Positions 1-9,622 are shown, numbered from the stretch's first letter. The stretch is DNA of 53,158 bases from an uncultured Candidatus Saccharibacteria bacterium (GCA_964390615.1 CAYMIC010000001.1:1-53158), one strand, 5' to 3'. The notes: generated by a model not told the origin, from the letters alone. A program made the numbers and translations.

Positions 1-8
1 ACAAGGGG

Positions 9-37
9 TTGACTTTTTTAGTCAAGTATGATAAGAT
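9..37 (+). promoter_or_regulatory. Putative sigma70-type promoter upstream of the large surface-protein gene
   Basis: TTGACT (9-14), 17 nt, TAAGAT (32-37). The -35 is also the 5' arm of a small palindrome ttgact-ttttt-agtcaa (9-25). It lies about 80 nt upstream of the ATG at 126. Confidence 0.3.
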
Positions 38-125
38 AAGGGAAATTGAGCATTGGTTCGAAAATCATTATAAGGCATATTATCAGACAAACTTTATTAA
101 TCTAAGTTAAATTAAGTTAAATTTT

Positions 126-3100
126 ATGAAAAAAATAATTTCAGCAATTTTTGTTTTCGGTTTTCTAGCGCTTGGTGCTCAGACAGCAAGTGCTTTAGGC
201 GCGCCTATAGTTTATCAGCCACATGCTTCTAACATCACTGCTACTTCTGCAGTCTTAAATGGATCTGTAAATCCAAATGGCTACAGTACTAACGCTTGGT
301 TCACTACTCCAGCAAGTGGAAGTCAGCAACTATTTTTCCAAAATCTTGGAAGTGGTACATCTCCTGTAACTATGTCCTCTTACACTATGACTGGTCTTAC
401 TCCTAATACCACTTACTCTTTTGGTGTTAGTGCGACCAACTCTTATGGTAACAGTTATAGTGCATTGATAACTTTTACAACTACTTCAGGTGGAAACAAT
501 AATCCCCCACCATCTCTACCTTCAGTAGATCTATCTGCAAATAGTACAAACCTACCATACGGTGGTTCTACTACTATTTACTGGGATACTTACAACGCTA
601 CATCATGTACTGCGTCAGGTGGCGCAAACGGATGGGCTGGATACAAAAATCCAAATGGTGGATCTTTCAACACCGGTGCTCTATACAACTCTACAACTTA
701 TTCCATAACCTGTTCTAACGCTTCAGGTTCCGACTCTGACTCTTTGACTATCAATGTAGCGAACCAACCCTACAACCCACCATCTGCTCCATCTGTAAAC
801 CTTACAGCTAACCCGATGAGTGTTTCTTATGGTGGTTCAAGTGTCCTTTCCTGGAATTCTACTAACGCTACATCATGTGTCGCTACTGGCGCATGGTCTG
901 GGGTGAAACCTACTTCTGGAACATCTAACACTGGAGCTCTCACTAGTACCAAGACTTACACTTTGACTTGTACTGGTGCTGGAGGTTCAGCTTCTGACTC
1001 TGTAACTGTTTCAGTTGGCAGTCAACCACAACAGAATCCTACTGTAAACTTGAGTGCAAACCCTACTAGTGTTTCATCAGGTGGTTCTTCTACCCTTTCA
1101 TGGAATTCTACAAACGCTACAACTTGTAACGCATCTGGCGGTATGGGTGGCTGGGCAGGACCAAAAGCAACTTCTGGAACATTTTACGTAAACAATTTAA
1201 CTTACACTTCAACTTTCAATATCACTTGTTCTAACTCTAGTGGTTCTGCAACTGATTCTGTAACTATCTATGTTTCTCAAACTCCCCCACCTCCATCTCT
1301 TCCTTCAGTAGATCTATCTGCAAATCCTATGAGTGTAGTTTACGGTGGTTCTTCTACCCTTTCATGGAATTCTACTAATGCAAATTCATGTGTAGCATCA
1401 GGTGGAAGTAATGGCTGGGCTGGATCAAAACCAACTAGTGGAACATTTTACACTGGTAGTTTGTCCAATACTCTTTCCTACTCTATCTCTTGTTCTAATT
1501 CTGCTGGAAATACTGCAGACTCTGTAACTGTATATGTTGATACAAACAACGGAGGAAACAATGACCTAGATGTAATTACTAATACAGCAACCAATATCGA
1601 CGAAGACTCTGCAACCCTACGAGGTTCTGTAACTGGAGAAGGTGTTGTAGCGTGGTTTGAATGGAGTGAAGGCGACAACAACCTAGATGAAGATACAACT
1701 CACCAAACTCTAGGAAACACAAATGGTACTAACTTTAGTTACAACCTTAATAATTTAGACGACGATACTACATACTACTTCCGTGCAGTGGCTCGTGATG
1801 ATAACGGAAATACTGACTATGGTGTAGTTCGATCTTTCCGAACTTGCGACTCCAATGACAATTGTGGAAACAACAACGCTGACGACAAGCCAGAAGTCAC
1901 TACAAAAACTGCTACAAGTATTTCAAACACTTCAGCTACTCTAAATGGTGAACTAGATGATCTAGGTGGTGATAATGATGCTGATGTTTGGTTTGAATAT
2001 GGTGATGATCGCAATGATGTTGAAGACGGAGATGGAGATGACACTAGCCGTGAAAACATGGACGATGAAGATGATTTCAGTGACCGAATCACTGGCCTAC
2101 GATCTAACACCACTTACTATTTCCGTGCAGTCGCTAGAAACAGCGAAGGTACTGACTACGGCTCTATCCGATCATTCAAGACAAGTGGAGGTGCTACAAA
2201 TAATAATGGCTGCATAAATGGTTTCTGTGCACCACAAGCAGTGACTACCTTAGCTACTTCAATCGGCAATAACTCTGCTCGACTAAACGGTCTAGGTATT
2301 ATCAATGACGAAGCTCAAACCAATGCTTACTTTCAGTGGGGTTCTAACACAAACTTAAATAACGAAACTCCGCATGCATTTCTTGCAACCTCTGGTTCAA
2401 ATCCTTATTCTGCAAGTATCTTTGGATTATCTGCAAATACTACTTATTACTACCGAGCCGTTGTGACCAATCAATTTGGTACTTCTTATGGTGACCTAGC
2501 AAGTTTCCGAACTTCTGGAGGTAGCAATGGTGGTGGAACTGTTGCAGGATCAAGCACTACTATCATCCGAAACAACTCTTCTACTACTACATTGGTAGGT
2601 GGTACTGCTCGTCCATCTCTGATCTTCCTTTCTATCAGTCACAACGATGAGACTATCCGTCACGGTGAAATTGTAGAGTATGTTGTAAACTACCGAAACA
2701 TTTCCAAAAAAGAATTAAAGGACGTAGTTTTGCGAGTAGTACTTCCAAAAGAATTAAAGTTCGTAGAAACTAGTCGAGGTTATTTCTCTGAAACTAACAA
2801 TACTGTGGTTGTTAACATCGGAGACCTTCACCCTGATGAAGAAGGTTCTGTATTCGTAACAGCTCGAGTTCTTCCTACAGCAGAAGTAAACAAGATAACT
2901 GTAGTCACTGCAAACATTGCGTACACTATAGTATCTGACAATACTCAAGAAGAAGCATTCGCATATTCCAAGAACACTATCGACGATGGACTAAACCTTG
3001 GAGCATCTGCACTATTTGGAGTAGGCTTCCTACCAAACACTTTGTTTGGATGGTTACTACTTCTCTTGATAATCTTGCTTATCTTATTAGCTGCTCGTAT

Positions 3101-3221
3101 GGCTTATAATCACGGTCGCCCACAACACCAGACCATCGTGATGCCACCACAAAACCCTCCGGTATCAAATACTTCAGGACCGTTTTATGGAGCAACTCCT
3201 CCACGAGACACACACTACTAA
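126..3221 (+). CDS. Large modular cell-surface protein (signal peptide, FN3-like and Ig-like repeats, DUF11-like module, C-terminal TM anchor)
   Basis: 1031-aa ORF with ATG start and TAA stop. Signal peptide MKKIISAIFVFGFLALGAQTASA. Four FN3-like modules end in NTTY(Y/S)F(R/G)AV...G...G....F(R/K/T)T. Four tandem ~86-aa modules each carry a conserved Cys pair (S(V/L).LSANP.SV.YGGSSTLSWNSTNA.SC.ASGG ... (I/L)(T/S)C(S/T)). A DUF11-like module follows (GEIVEYVVNYRN...), then a TM helix LLLLLIILLILLAA and a Pro-rich tail. Confidence 0.85.
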   Translation: MKKIISAIFVFGFLALGAQTASALGAPIVYQPHASNITATSAVLNGSVNPNGYSTNAWFTTPASGSQQLFFQNLGSGTSPVTMSSYTMTGLTPNTTYSFGVSATNSYGNSYSALITFTTTSGGNNNPPPSLPSVDLSANSTNLPYGGSTTIYWDTYNATSCTASGGANGWAGYKNPNGGSFNTGALYNSTTYSITCSNASGSDSDSLTINVANQPYNPPSAPSVNLTANPMSVSYGGSSVLSWNSTNATSCVATGAWSGVKPTSGTSNTGALTSTKTYTLTCTGAGGSASDSVTVSVGSQPQQNPTVNLSANPTSVSSGGSSTLSWNSTNATTCNASGGMGGWAGPKATSGTFYVNNLTYTSTFNITCSNSSGSATDSVTIYVSQTPPPPSLPSVDLSANPMSVVYGGSSTLSWNSTNANSCVASGGSNGWAGSKPTSGTFYTGSLSNTLSYSISCSNSAGNTADSVTVYVDTNNGGNNDLDVITNTATNIDEDSATLRGSVTGEGVVAWFEWSEGDNNLDEDTTHQTLGNTNGTNFSYNLNNLDDDTTYYFRAVARDDNGNTDYGVVRSFRTCDSNDNCGNNNADDKPEVTTKTATSISNTSATLNGELDDLGGDNDADVWFEYGDDRNDVEDGDGDDTSRENMDDEDDFSDRITGLRSNTTYYFRAVARNSEGTDYGSIRSFKTSGGATNNNGCINGFCAPQAVTTLATSIGNNSARLNGLGIINDEAQTNAYFQWGSNTNLNNETPHAFLATSGSNPYSASIFGLSANTTYYYRAVVTNQFGTSYGDLASFRTSGGSNGGGTVAGSSTTIIRNNSSTTTLVGGTARPSLIFLSISHNDETIRHGEIVEYVVNYRNISKKELKDVVLRVVLPKELKFVETSRGYFSETNNTVVVNIGDLHPDEEGSVFVTARVLPTAEVNKITVVTANIAYTIVSDNTQEEAFAYSKNTIDDGLNLGASALFGVGFLPNTLFGWLLLLLIILLILLAARMAYNHGRPQHQTIVMPPQNPPVSNTSGPFYGATPPRDTHY
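504..1541 (+). repeat. Four tandem ~260-nt coding repeats (Cys-pair Ig-like modules) inside the surface-protein gene
   Basis: Protein repeats cover aa ~127-472. The DNA string ccttcagtagatctatctgcaaat occurs identically at 519-542 and 1301-1324, at the start of repeats 1 and 4. Confidence 0.8.
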
Positions 3222-3713
3222 TTATTTAGGTAAAAACTCTATAGCATCACCTACTTGTAGATTGTGCTTTAGGGAAAAACCAGAAAAGACTTCCAAGACA
3301 TACTTGGAAGTCTTTTCTTTTGGTGGTGTAAAAGCTTCTGGATAAGATTCAGGTTTGGCGTCTTTTTGTATGTATACAACCTTACCCATTTCATCAAACC
3401 AAATTATATCAATTGGAAAATTCATATCTTTCATCCAGAAAGAATAATTTCCTGGGGTATCAAAAACGAAAAGCATACCTTGATCTTTATTCAAACTCGC
3501 TCTACCAGAGAGGCCCAAGGAACGAGCCTCGGGAGTAGAGACGACATCAACTTTAATGACTTGATTTACTAACTTAACTGAAATTTCGTCACCATACACA
3601 TATACGCCATGACTGATATCTGTATTGGATTCCTGTTTCTTGTTTTGACTGGATGCAATAAAGATTACCACTAGTATAGTAGCTCCAATTAAAAAAGGTT
3701 TGAATTTCTTCAT
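3222..3713 (-). CDS. DUF192 (COG1430) family protein, membrane-anchored or secreted
   Basis: 163 aa with an N-terminal hydrophobic segment. Core GLSGRASLNKDQGMLFVFDTPGNYSFWMKDMNFPIDIIWFDEMGKVV is typical of DUF192. The start is 2 nt after the speA stop. Its stop directly abuts the convergent stop of the surface-protein gene. Confidence 0.7.
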   Translation of the reverse strand: MKKFKPFLIGATILVVIFIASSQNKKQESNTDISHGVYVYGDEISVKLVNQVIKVDVVSTPEARSLGLSGRASLNKDQGMLFVFDTPGNYSFWMKDMNFPIDIIWFDEMGKVVYIQKDAKPESYPEAFTPPKEKTSKYVLEVFSGFSLKHNLQVGDAIEFLPK

Positions 3714-3715
3714 CT

Positions 3716-5122
3716 TTATTTATGACCTCCATTCCAACCAAGGTTTCTACCGATTTCTTCTGGAGTACTGCGCTTTCTGGCAAGCACGATGTGACCATTC
3801 TCAACAATAATTCTTTGAGGATGAGCTACGAGACAATGATTCATAGACAGAGCATCTTGGTACGCTCCTGTATCAAAGACCACGATGTACATAGGATCAG
3901 TCGCGCTCTCACTATAGTCATATTCCGGCAAAGTAACATAATTGTTTACACCTCGATAAACATCATCAGAATCACAAGTAGAACCAGCAAGCCAGACATC
4001 GATCAGTTTATCATCGCGTTTATTGGATATCGGAGCCAAAGCCCATTTTTGACCTATAGCCCAGGTGTCACAAAGATCATTCATAAACGATCCATCAATG
4101 ACGTACCACTTCTTAGCATCGCTCTTCTTCTCTTTAATGAGCTTAGTATCGATAACTTTGAATATTGTGATTTGTGCTGGTGCTACTACATAACGACCCC
4201 ACTCACAAATCAAGTTAGGATGTGGCATCTCATGCTTTTCGGCCTCAGTTTTTAGTAATTGGAAAATCTTTTCCATAAGCTTGTCGACTGTGTAACCCTT
4301 CCCTCTAGTGTAAGGTATAGGCATACCACCTCCGATGTCTAAAGTATCGAGTGATGGATTGGTTTTCTTTAATTTGAAATATACATCTAGAGCATATTTA
4401 ATAGGGGTCAAGATATCCATCGGCTTTTCGATCTGAGAACCAATGTGATAATGTAAAATTTTCAAATTCTTAAAAGGACCCATGTTAAATATTTCTTTCG
4501 CCGAAAAACCAAATCTATCAATTTGTTTGTTCCAATACGAACTAGCTTTGACCGGCATATCGAGCCGTAATCCAACGTTAAACTTTGAATGCTGAAGCAT
4601 TTTGAGCTCACTTGGGCCTTCGATTAGAGGAAAGATTTTTACACCTTTGTGTTGCATGTCATCAATCAAATTGATATAAGCATCATTTTTAGGTCCACTA
4701 CATAGAATCCGAATATCTGGATTAAATTTATCTTGCTCGAGCATTCTTTTGATGAGCCACAGATCGTTGTAAGAAGAAGTCTCGAGATGAGCTCCTTCGC
4801 CGACTATGGCCATGACCACTTCCCGATTCTGATTGACCTTCATTGGATAGTGGTAGAAAAATTTACCTTGGTAACCAGTCTTCTTGATGACATTGTCAGC
4901 CAAATCCATGAGATCTTCTAGGCGCTCTTCAATGATAAAAGGCATCAGAATCTGGAGTGAAGTACCGAATTTTTCTGTCAGGTACTTAACATTGTAGATG
5001 TTGTGCCCTTCCTTGATGATCAAATCTCCATCGCGGTCATAATCGAAGTACTGTGTATTGAATTCTTTGGAACCCAACTTCCATAATTTTTTAGAAGCTG
5101 AAGGTCGTTTATTGTTTCCCAT
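3716..5122 (-). CDS. speA: Biosynthetic arginine decarboxylase-like PLP enzyme (Orn/DAP/Arg decarboxylase family 2)
   Basis: 468 aa. PLP-lysine motif YPMKVNQNREVV, plus HYHIGSQI and DIGGGMPIPY motifs as in SpeA. Shorter than E. coli SpeA. Confidence 0.7.
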   Translation of the reverse strand: MGNNKRPSASKKLWKLGSKEFNTQYFDYDRDGDLIIKEGHNIYNVKYLTEKFGTSLQILMPFIIEERLEDLMDLADNVIKKTGYQGKFFYHYPMKVNQNREVVMAIVGEGAHLETSSYNDLWLIKRMLEQDKFNPDIRILCSGPKNDAYINLIDDMQHKGVKIFPLIEGPSELKMLQHSKFNVGLRLDMPVKASSYWNKQIDRFGFSAKEIFNMGPFKNLKILHYHIGSQIEKPMDILTPIKYALDVYFKLKKTNPSLDTLDIGGGMPIPYTRGKGYTVDKLMEKIFQLLKTEAEKHEMPHPNLICEWGRYVVAPAQITIFKVIDTKLIKEKKSDAKKWYVIDGSFMNDLCDTWAIGQKWALAPISNKRDDKLIDVWLAGSTCDSDDVYRGVNNYVTLPEYDYSESATDPMYIVVFDTGAYQDALSMNHCLVAHPQRIIVENGHIVLARKRSTPEEIGRNLGWNGGHK

Positions 5123-5161
5123 TTTTTTTATCTATTTTCTTTGACATTTTTTAATGGAATC

Positions 5162-5189
5162 AGTATAGCAACTTTGGAAATTAATGCAA
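5162..5189 (-). promoter_or_regulatory. Putative promoter of speA-DUF192
   Basis: Minus strand reads TTGCAT (5189-5184), 16 nt, TGc-TATACT (-10 at 5167-5162). It is about 40 nt upstream of the speA ATG. Confidence 0.4.
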
Positions 5190-5195
5190 TAGTTT

Positions 5196-6428
5196 TTAAG
5201 CCTTATCTTTCAAGTACCTCCCGAGGAATTCCTCTTTAAATGCAAAGAATTTATCATCGATAATAGACTGTCTGATTTGAGCCACCAAGTTCACTATAAA
5301 ATAAAGATTGTGAGTCGAGGCCAAGGTGCCAGCGAGCATTTCTTTACCATGAAAAAGATGAGCGATATAGCTTTTAGTATAGTTAGTGCAAGTATAGCAA
5401 GGGCATCCGGGATCAAGTGGAGTGTAGTCGTTTCGGAATTGTTTATTCATGATTATAATCTTGCCATCTTTAGTGTAAATGGTACCGTTTCGCCCTAGTC
5501 TAGTCGGAGCCACACAATCAAAAAGATCTACTCCGTTTTCTATCCCCATAAATAAATCTTCCGGTTCTCCAATGCCTAGCAAATGCCTCGGCTTTTCTTC
5601 TGGTAACACTTCGTTGACCCATTTTACAGCGGTCGACATATCTTCTTTCGCAAAAGATCCTCCAATTCCGAATCCATCAAACCCCTCGGTTCCCCCTGGG
5701 CCTTCAGTCCACATTTCAGAAATAACTTTTGCTGATAACTTTCTTAATCTTTCATCTCGTCCACCTTGAACTATTCCAAATAATGCAATTTTATTATCTG
5801 TATTTAATTTCTGATGCTCATTCAAACTACGCTTCGCCCAGGCGTGAGTACGATTGAGTGCTTCTTCTTGATATTTTAAATCCTCCGCGGGTGAAGTACA
5901 TTCATCAAAAGCAAAAATAATGTCAGCGCCTAGGTTGTGCTGAATTTGAATAGATTTCTCTGGAGTTATGTAGTGGATACTACCATCTAGGTGTGACTTA
6001 AAAGATACCCCGTCCTCACCTATCTTAGCGAGCCGTGGTGCATCCGAATCATCGAATCTCTCTGGAATCATAAGTGATGGATCGGTAATTTTTAAAACCT
6101 TAGACATGTCCTTACCATAGGCAGCACCTAATGAAAAAACCTGAAAACCACCTGAATCAGTCATAGTGGGACCAGACCAATTCATAAATTTACCTAACCC
6201 CCCTGCATCTCGCACAATACTATCACCAGGTTGAAGAAATAAATGATATGTATTGCCGAGCACTACTTGAGTGCCTACTTCTTTGACATGCTCGACTGTA
6301 AGAGACTTCACTGTGCCCTTAGTACCAACTGCCACAAAAGCCGGAGTCAAAATTTTTCCGTGCGGAGTTTCCAACACTCCTACCCTACCGAGATGTCCTT
6401 CTAATTTTTTTTCTATTTTAAAATTCAT
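5196..6428 (-). CDS. tgt: tRNA-guanine transglycosylase (queuine tRNA-ribosyltransferase)
   Basis: 410 aa. Motifs LGNTYHL, DSGGFQV, FAFDEC, LLGIGEPEDL, DCVAPTR and zinc site CPCYTC. Confidence 0.92.
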   Translation of the reverse strand: MNFKIEKKLEGHLGRVGVLETPHGKILTPAFVAVGTKGTVKSLTVEHVKEVGTQVVLGNTYHLFLQPGDSIVRDAGGLGKFMNWSGPTMTDSGGFQVFSLGAAYGKDMSKVLKITDPSLMIPERFDDSDAPRLAKIGEDGVSFKSHLDGSIHYITPEKSIQIQHNLGADIIFAFDECTSPAEDLKYQEEALNRTHAWAKRSLNEHQKLNTDNKIALFGIVQGGRDERLRKLSAKVISEMWTEGPGGTEGFDGFGIGGSFAKEDMSTAVKWVNEVLPEEKPRHLLGIGEPEDLFMGIENGVDLFDCVAPTRLGRNGTIYTKDGKIIIMNKQFRNDYTPLDPGCPCYTCTNYTKSYIAHLFHGKEMLAGTLASTHNLYFIVNLVAQIRQSIIDDKFFAFKEEFLGRYLKDKA

Positions 6429-6433
6429 TTAAT

Positions 6434-7222
6434 TTATTTTTTCACTTCAACAAACTTTAATTCTTGGATATTTACCGGAGAAACCAATAGCGCTTTTACA
6501 AAAGAATCTCGAGGATCAGAGATGATAGTTTCCACTCGCGCCAAAGTATAGGGGAAAATTCCTGGCAGTACAGCTTCAGTGCCAGGCGTAAGCTCTAAGT
6601 CTCTCGGAATGTTTATTTCAAAATTTCCACCGCCTCGTCCTACTGCTTCTAGGTATAAACTTTTATCACCGACTACTACTTCTTTTTTTTCACCAGCAGT
6701 AGAATACAAAACTACCTTAGAAGTACTGCCATAGACTTGATCGATACGACCAATCGGTATATCTCCTAAAGCAAAAACTTCATCACCTACGACTACTCCA
6801 TCTCGGTCTCCTAAATCAATAATCAAAGTATCGTACGCTGATTTGCGAGGTTTAGACAAAATACTACCTAATATAAAATCTGATTGCGTGTTGCGTCCTA
6901 GCGTTTCTTTTAAAGAATTATTTTCAGCCAAGAGAGTATTGTAATTAGCCATTTCGGCTTCATATTCTCGGAGTTGGTTTAGCAACTCTTCATTCTTGGA
7001 CATGAGTCCCTTTTTAGATTTTAAAAAAGCTCCGCTGTTACCCAAGCCCTCACCAACATTATTTCCAAGAATAATTATCGGTCGGAAAATCGCATGAGTG
7101 ACCTTTGAAAAACCTCTAAAAATAGGGGCATGAAAGTAAATTAAGAGAAAGATAATTGCCAAAATAGCAATCACTTTTTTAGTATGTTTTTTTCTTAATT
7201 TCCTATCGTGGAGGTAGCTCAT
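6434..7222 (-). CDS. mreC: Rod shape-determining protein MreC
   Basis: 262 aa. N-terminal TM, coiled coil (NEELLNQLREYEAEMANYNTLLAENNSLKE) and a C-terminal beta-rich domain. Overlaps the end of mreB by 20 nt. Confidence 0.8.
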   Translation of the reverse strand: MSYLHDRKLRKKHTKKVIAILAIIFLLIYFHAPIFRGFSKVTHAIFRPIIILGNNVGEGLGNSGAFLKSKKGLMSKNEELLNQLREYEAEMANYNTLLAENNSLKETLGRNTQSDFILGSILSKPRKSAYDTLIIDLGDRDGVVVGDEVFALGDIPIGRIDQVYGSTSKVVLYSTAGEKKEVVVGDKSLYLEAVGRGGGNFEINIPRDLELTPGTEAVLPGIFPYTLARVETIISDPRDSFVKALLVSPVNIQELKFVEVKK

Positions 7223-8249
7223 CTTGATGTCCGATCAAAACTTCCTTGTAATATGGAATATCATCTAGAATTACTCCGGTACCGCGAGCGACTGCTGAGA
7301 GTGGATCATCCACCACATATACTGGAATTTTCAGAGTACTTTCAAGTAACCTATCAAGTCCTGGGAGCAATGCTCCACCACCAGAGAGCATTATGCCACG
7401 ATGCATAATATCAGAAAGTATTTCTGGGGGTGTAGTTTCTAGTACATCTTTTACACCATCTACAAATTCTCGGACCGACAAAGAAATAGCTTCACGGATA
7501 TCAGCATCAGTCACAACCACTTCACGAGGAAGTCCGGTGAGTAAATCACGACCACGAACTTCAGTTTCCATATATTCACCCGGAGACACAGAGCTGATGG
7601 CAATTTTCACTGCTTCGGCTGTAGTTTCACCGATTAAAATTTTAAACTCATCTCGCATATAAGTGATGATGTCTGTATTTAACCTATCTCCAGCGATTTT
7701 AATATTTTTTGATTTTACAATACCTGAAAGTGAAATCACTGCGATGTCAGTAGTACCTCCCCCGATATCGATAATCATAGATCCTACTGCTTCTTTGATA
7801 GGCATACGGATACCAATAGCTGCTGCCATGGGTTCTTCCACCAAGTACACTTCGCGAGCTCCAGCCGAACGAGCCGCATCATACACTGCGCGAGTCTCAA
7901 CATTAGTACTTCCAGATGGCACACCAACTACAACCCTAGGACGACCAAACTTTTTAGACATTTTGTCTGCCTTATTGATCAGATACGAAAGCATTTCTTC
8001 AGTAACTTCAAAGTCTGAAATCACACCGTCGACGAGTGGTCGGACCGCACGGATATGACCCGGAGTTCGGCCAAGCATTTCTTTGGCTTTTGCCCCAACT
8101 GCGAGGACTTGGTTAGTCTTGATGTTAACCGCTACTACCGATGGTTCATTGATTACGATACCGTGGCCTTTCAAATACACTAGAGTGTTTGAAGTTCCCA
8201 AGTCTATACCAATATCATTTGAAATTAAATCATAAAACTTTTTAAACAT
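7203..8249 (-). CDS. mreB: Rod shape-determining actin homologue MreB
   Basis: 348 aa. Actin-fold motifs IGIDLGTSNT, IIDIGGGTTD and MLSGGGALL. Confidence 0.95.
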   Translation of the reverse strand: MFKKFYDLISNDIGIDLGTSNTLVYLKGHGIVINEPSVVAVNIKTNQVLAVGAKAKEMLGRTPGHIRAVRPLVDGVISDFEVTEEMLSYLINKADKMSKKFGRPRVVVGVPSGSTNVETRAVYDAARSAGAREVYLVEEPMAAAIGIRMPIKEAVGSMIIDIGGGTTDIAVISLSGIVKSKNIKIAGDRLNTDIITYMRDEFKILIGETTAEAVKIAISSVSPGEYMETEVRGRDLLTGLPREVVVTDADIREAISLSVREFVDGVKDVLETTPPEILSDIMHRGIMLSGGGALLPGLDRLLESTLKIPVYVVDDPLSAVARGTGVILDDIPYYKEVLIGHQDELPPR

Positions 8250-9519
8250 TATTTTTTTCTTCCTTATTTTCTTGCAGCATTTTTAAAAGTTCTTCTTTGG
8301 AAATCACACTACCTTTCTCCTCGGTACGGCGTTTGACCTCGACTCCATTCTCTTTGAGAGATCGTGCGGAAACCACTACTCGAATCGGCATTCCTAAAAG
8401 GTCAGCATCCGCAAATTTTTCTCCAGCGGAAACTTCCTTTCGATCATCAAAGAAAACCTCGATATTATTTTTTTGCAAAGTCTCATACAATTCATTAGCT
8501 TCTGTCATAACCGCTTCGTCTTCACCGAGACTCAAAAGATGCACTCGAAATGGCGCTATAGCTTCTGGCCAGATGATGCCTTTGTCGTCGGAAAGAATCT
8601 CAACCACAGTGCCCATAAGGCGAGTAACTCCTATGCCGTAACCACCCATAAATACAGACTTTTTATCTCCAGCTTCATCAGTATAAAAAAGTTCAAAAGG
8701 ATCAGTGTATTTAGTACCTTGTTTAAAAATATTTCCAACCTCAATGGACTTCATAGGAACCAAATCTTCCCTTTTCACACCTAAGTCTTCGAGTATCTTT
8801 TCGTCTAGAACTTCTTCATTCACAGCTATACCTTTATTTTCATCAACATAGATAGTATCTTCTCCAGCTTCAGATATAGTCTGAAACTCGTGAGAATACT
8901 GAGAAAATGTTCCACCTGAGGCAAAGGTCACATAAGTACGATGACCAATACCGCAACGGGTATACACTTTCATATACGCCTTTTTCACTTCTTCGTAAAA
9001 TTTATCCAAATCTTCTTGGGTACGAGTAAAAGAGTACAAATCCTTCATCAAAAACTCGCGACCACGCATGATTCCAGACTTTGCTCGCAACTCATTTCGA
9101 AATTTAGTTTGAATTTGGTAAATATACAAAGGTAAGTCATTGTAAGATTTTACATATTCAGTTAGGAGATTCACTAGTTGTTCGTCATGAGTAAAACCCA
9201 AACCGAGTTTAGTTTGATCTTTCAATTCTGTTTTAAACCAAACATCTACTAAGTTATCATCCCATCGGCCAACTTTTTCCCAAACATCTTGCTTCTGCAG
9301 TGCAGTCATGATCATCTCCTGAGAACCTATCGCATTCATTTCCTCTCGGATTATGTTTGAAATTTTATTCAAAACTCTCCACCCTAGTGGCAAATAGCTA
9401 TACACCCCAGCCATTTCCTTATGGATAAACCCCCCACGGATTAAAAGCTCGGCGTTTTTAGATACTTCGTCAGAAGGTGCCTCTTTTCTAGTTTTAGTGA
9501 AAAGTTGTGTTTGTCTCAT
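8242..9519 (-). CDS. proS: Prolyl-tRNA synthetase, short form without the INS editing domain
   Basis: 425 aa. N-terminus MRQTQLFTKTRKEAPSDEVSKNAELLIRGGFI, class II motif 2 region LRAKSGIMRGREFLMKD, motif 3 GGYGIGVTRL and a C-terminal anticodon-binding domain. Confidence 0.88.
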   Translation of the reverse strand: MRQTQLFTKTRKEAPSDEVSKNAELLIRGGFIHKEMAGVYSYLPLGWRVLNKISNIIREEMNAIGSQEMIMTALQKQDVWEKVGRWDDNLVDVWFKTELKDQTKLGLGFTHDEQLVNLLTEYVKSYNDLPLYIYQIQTKFRNELRAKSGIMRGREFLMKDLYSFTRTQEDLDKFYEEVKKAYMKVYTRCGIGHRTYVTFASGGTFSQYSHEFQTISEAGEDTIYVDENKGIAVNEEVLDEKILEDLGVKREDLVPMKSIEVGNIFKQGTKYTDPFELFYTDEAGDKKSVFMGGYGIGVTRLMGTVVEILSDDKGIIWPEAIAPFRVHLLSLGEDEAVMTEANELYETLQKNNIEVFFDDRKEVSAGEKFADADLLGMPIRVVVSARSLKENGVEVKRRTEEKGSVISKEELLKMLQENKEEKNNV

Positions 9520-9593
9520 ATATAGAACTCATACTACCCGAAAAAAACCTTTTGGTCAAAGGCTGTATTTTTAGAGATTACCAGGCCTTCGAG

Positions 9594-9622
9594 TTGCAAA
9601 AAGCAAAGCTTTCTGTTAATAT
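9594..9622 (+). promoter_or_regulatory. Putative rpsB promoter positioned for a leaderless mRNA
   Basis: TTGCAA (9594-9599), 17 nt, TAATAT (9617-9622), then 7 nt to the ATG at 9630. Confidence 0.45.

Noticed and set aside
9-25. Palindrome ttgact-ttttt-agtcaa at the left edge as a terminator of an upstream gene
   Set aside because: The stem is only 6 bp and AT-rich, with no T-run context that can be assessed at the window edge. I kept it only as a possible -35 element.
3219-3224. Convergent stop codons of the surface-protein gene and the DUF192 gene abut with zero spacer and no terminator
   Set aside because: The observation is real, but it is probably just extreme genome compaction. I see no structure there to interpret.
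7663-8058. Antisense or alternate-frame ORFs of 60-140 aa inside core genes (for example 7663..8058, 19653..20048, 20890..21207, 25266..25559, 37139..37489, 44173..44436, 1817..2113, 1966..2217)
   Set aside because: They lie wholly inside strongly supported genes and have Ser/Pro/Thr-rich or otherwise low-complexity translations typical of reverse frames. None has its own expression signals.
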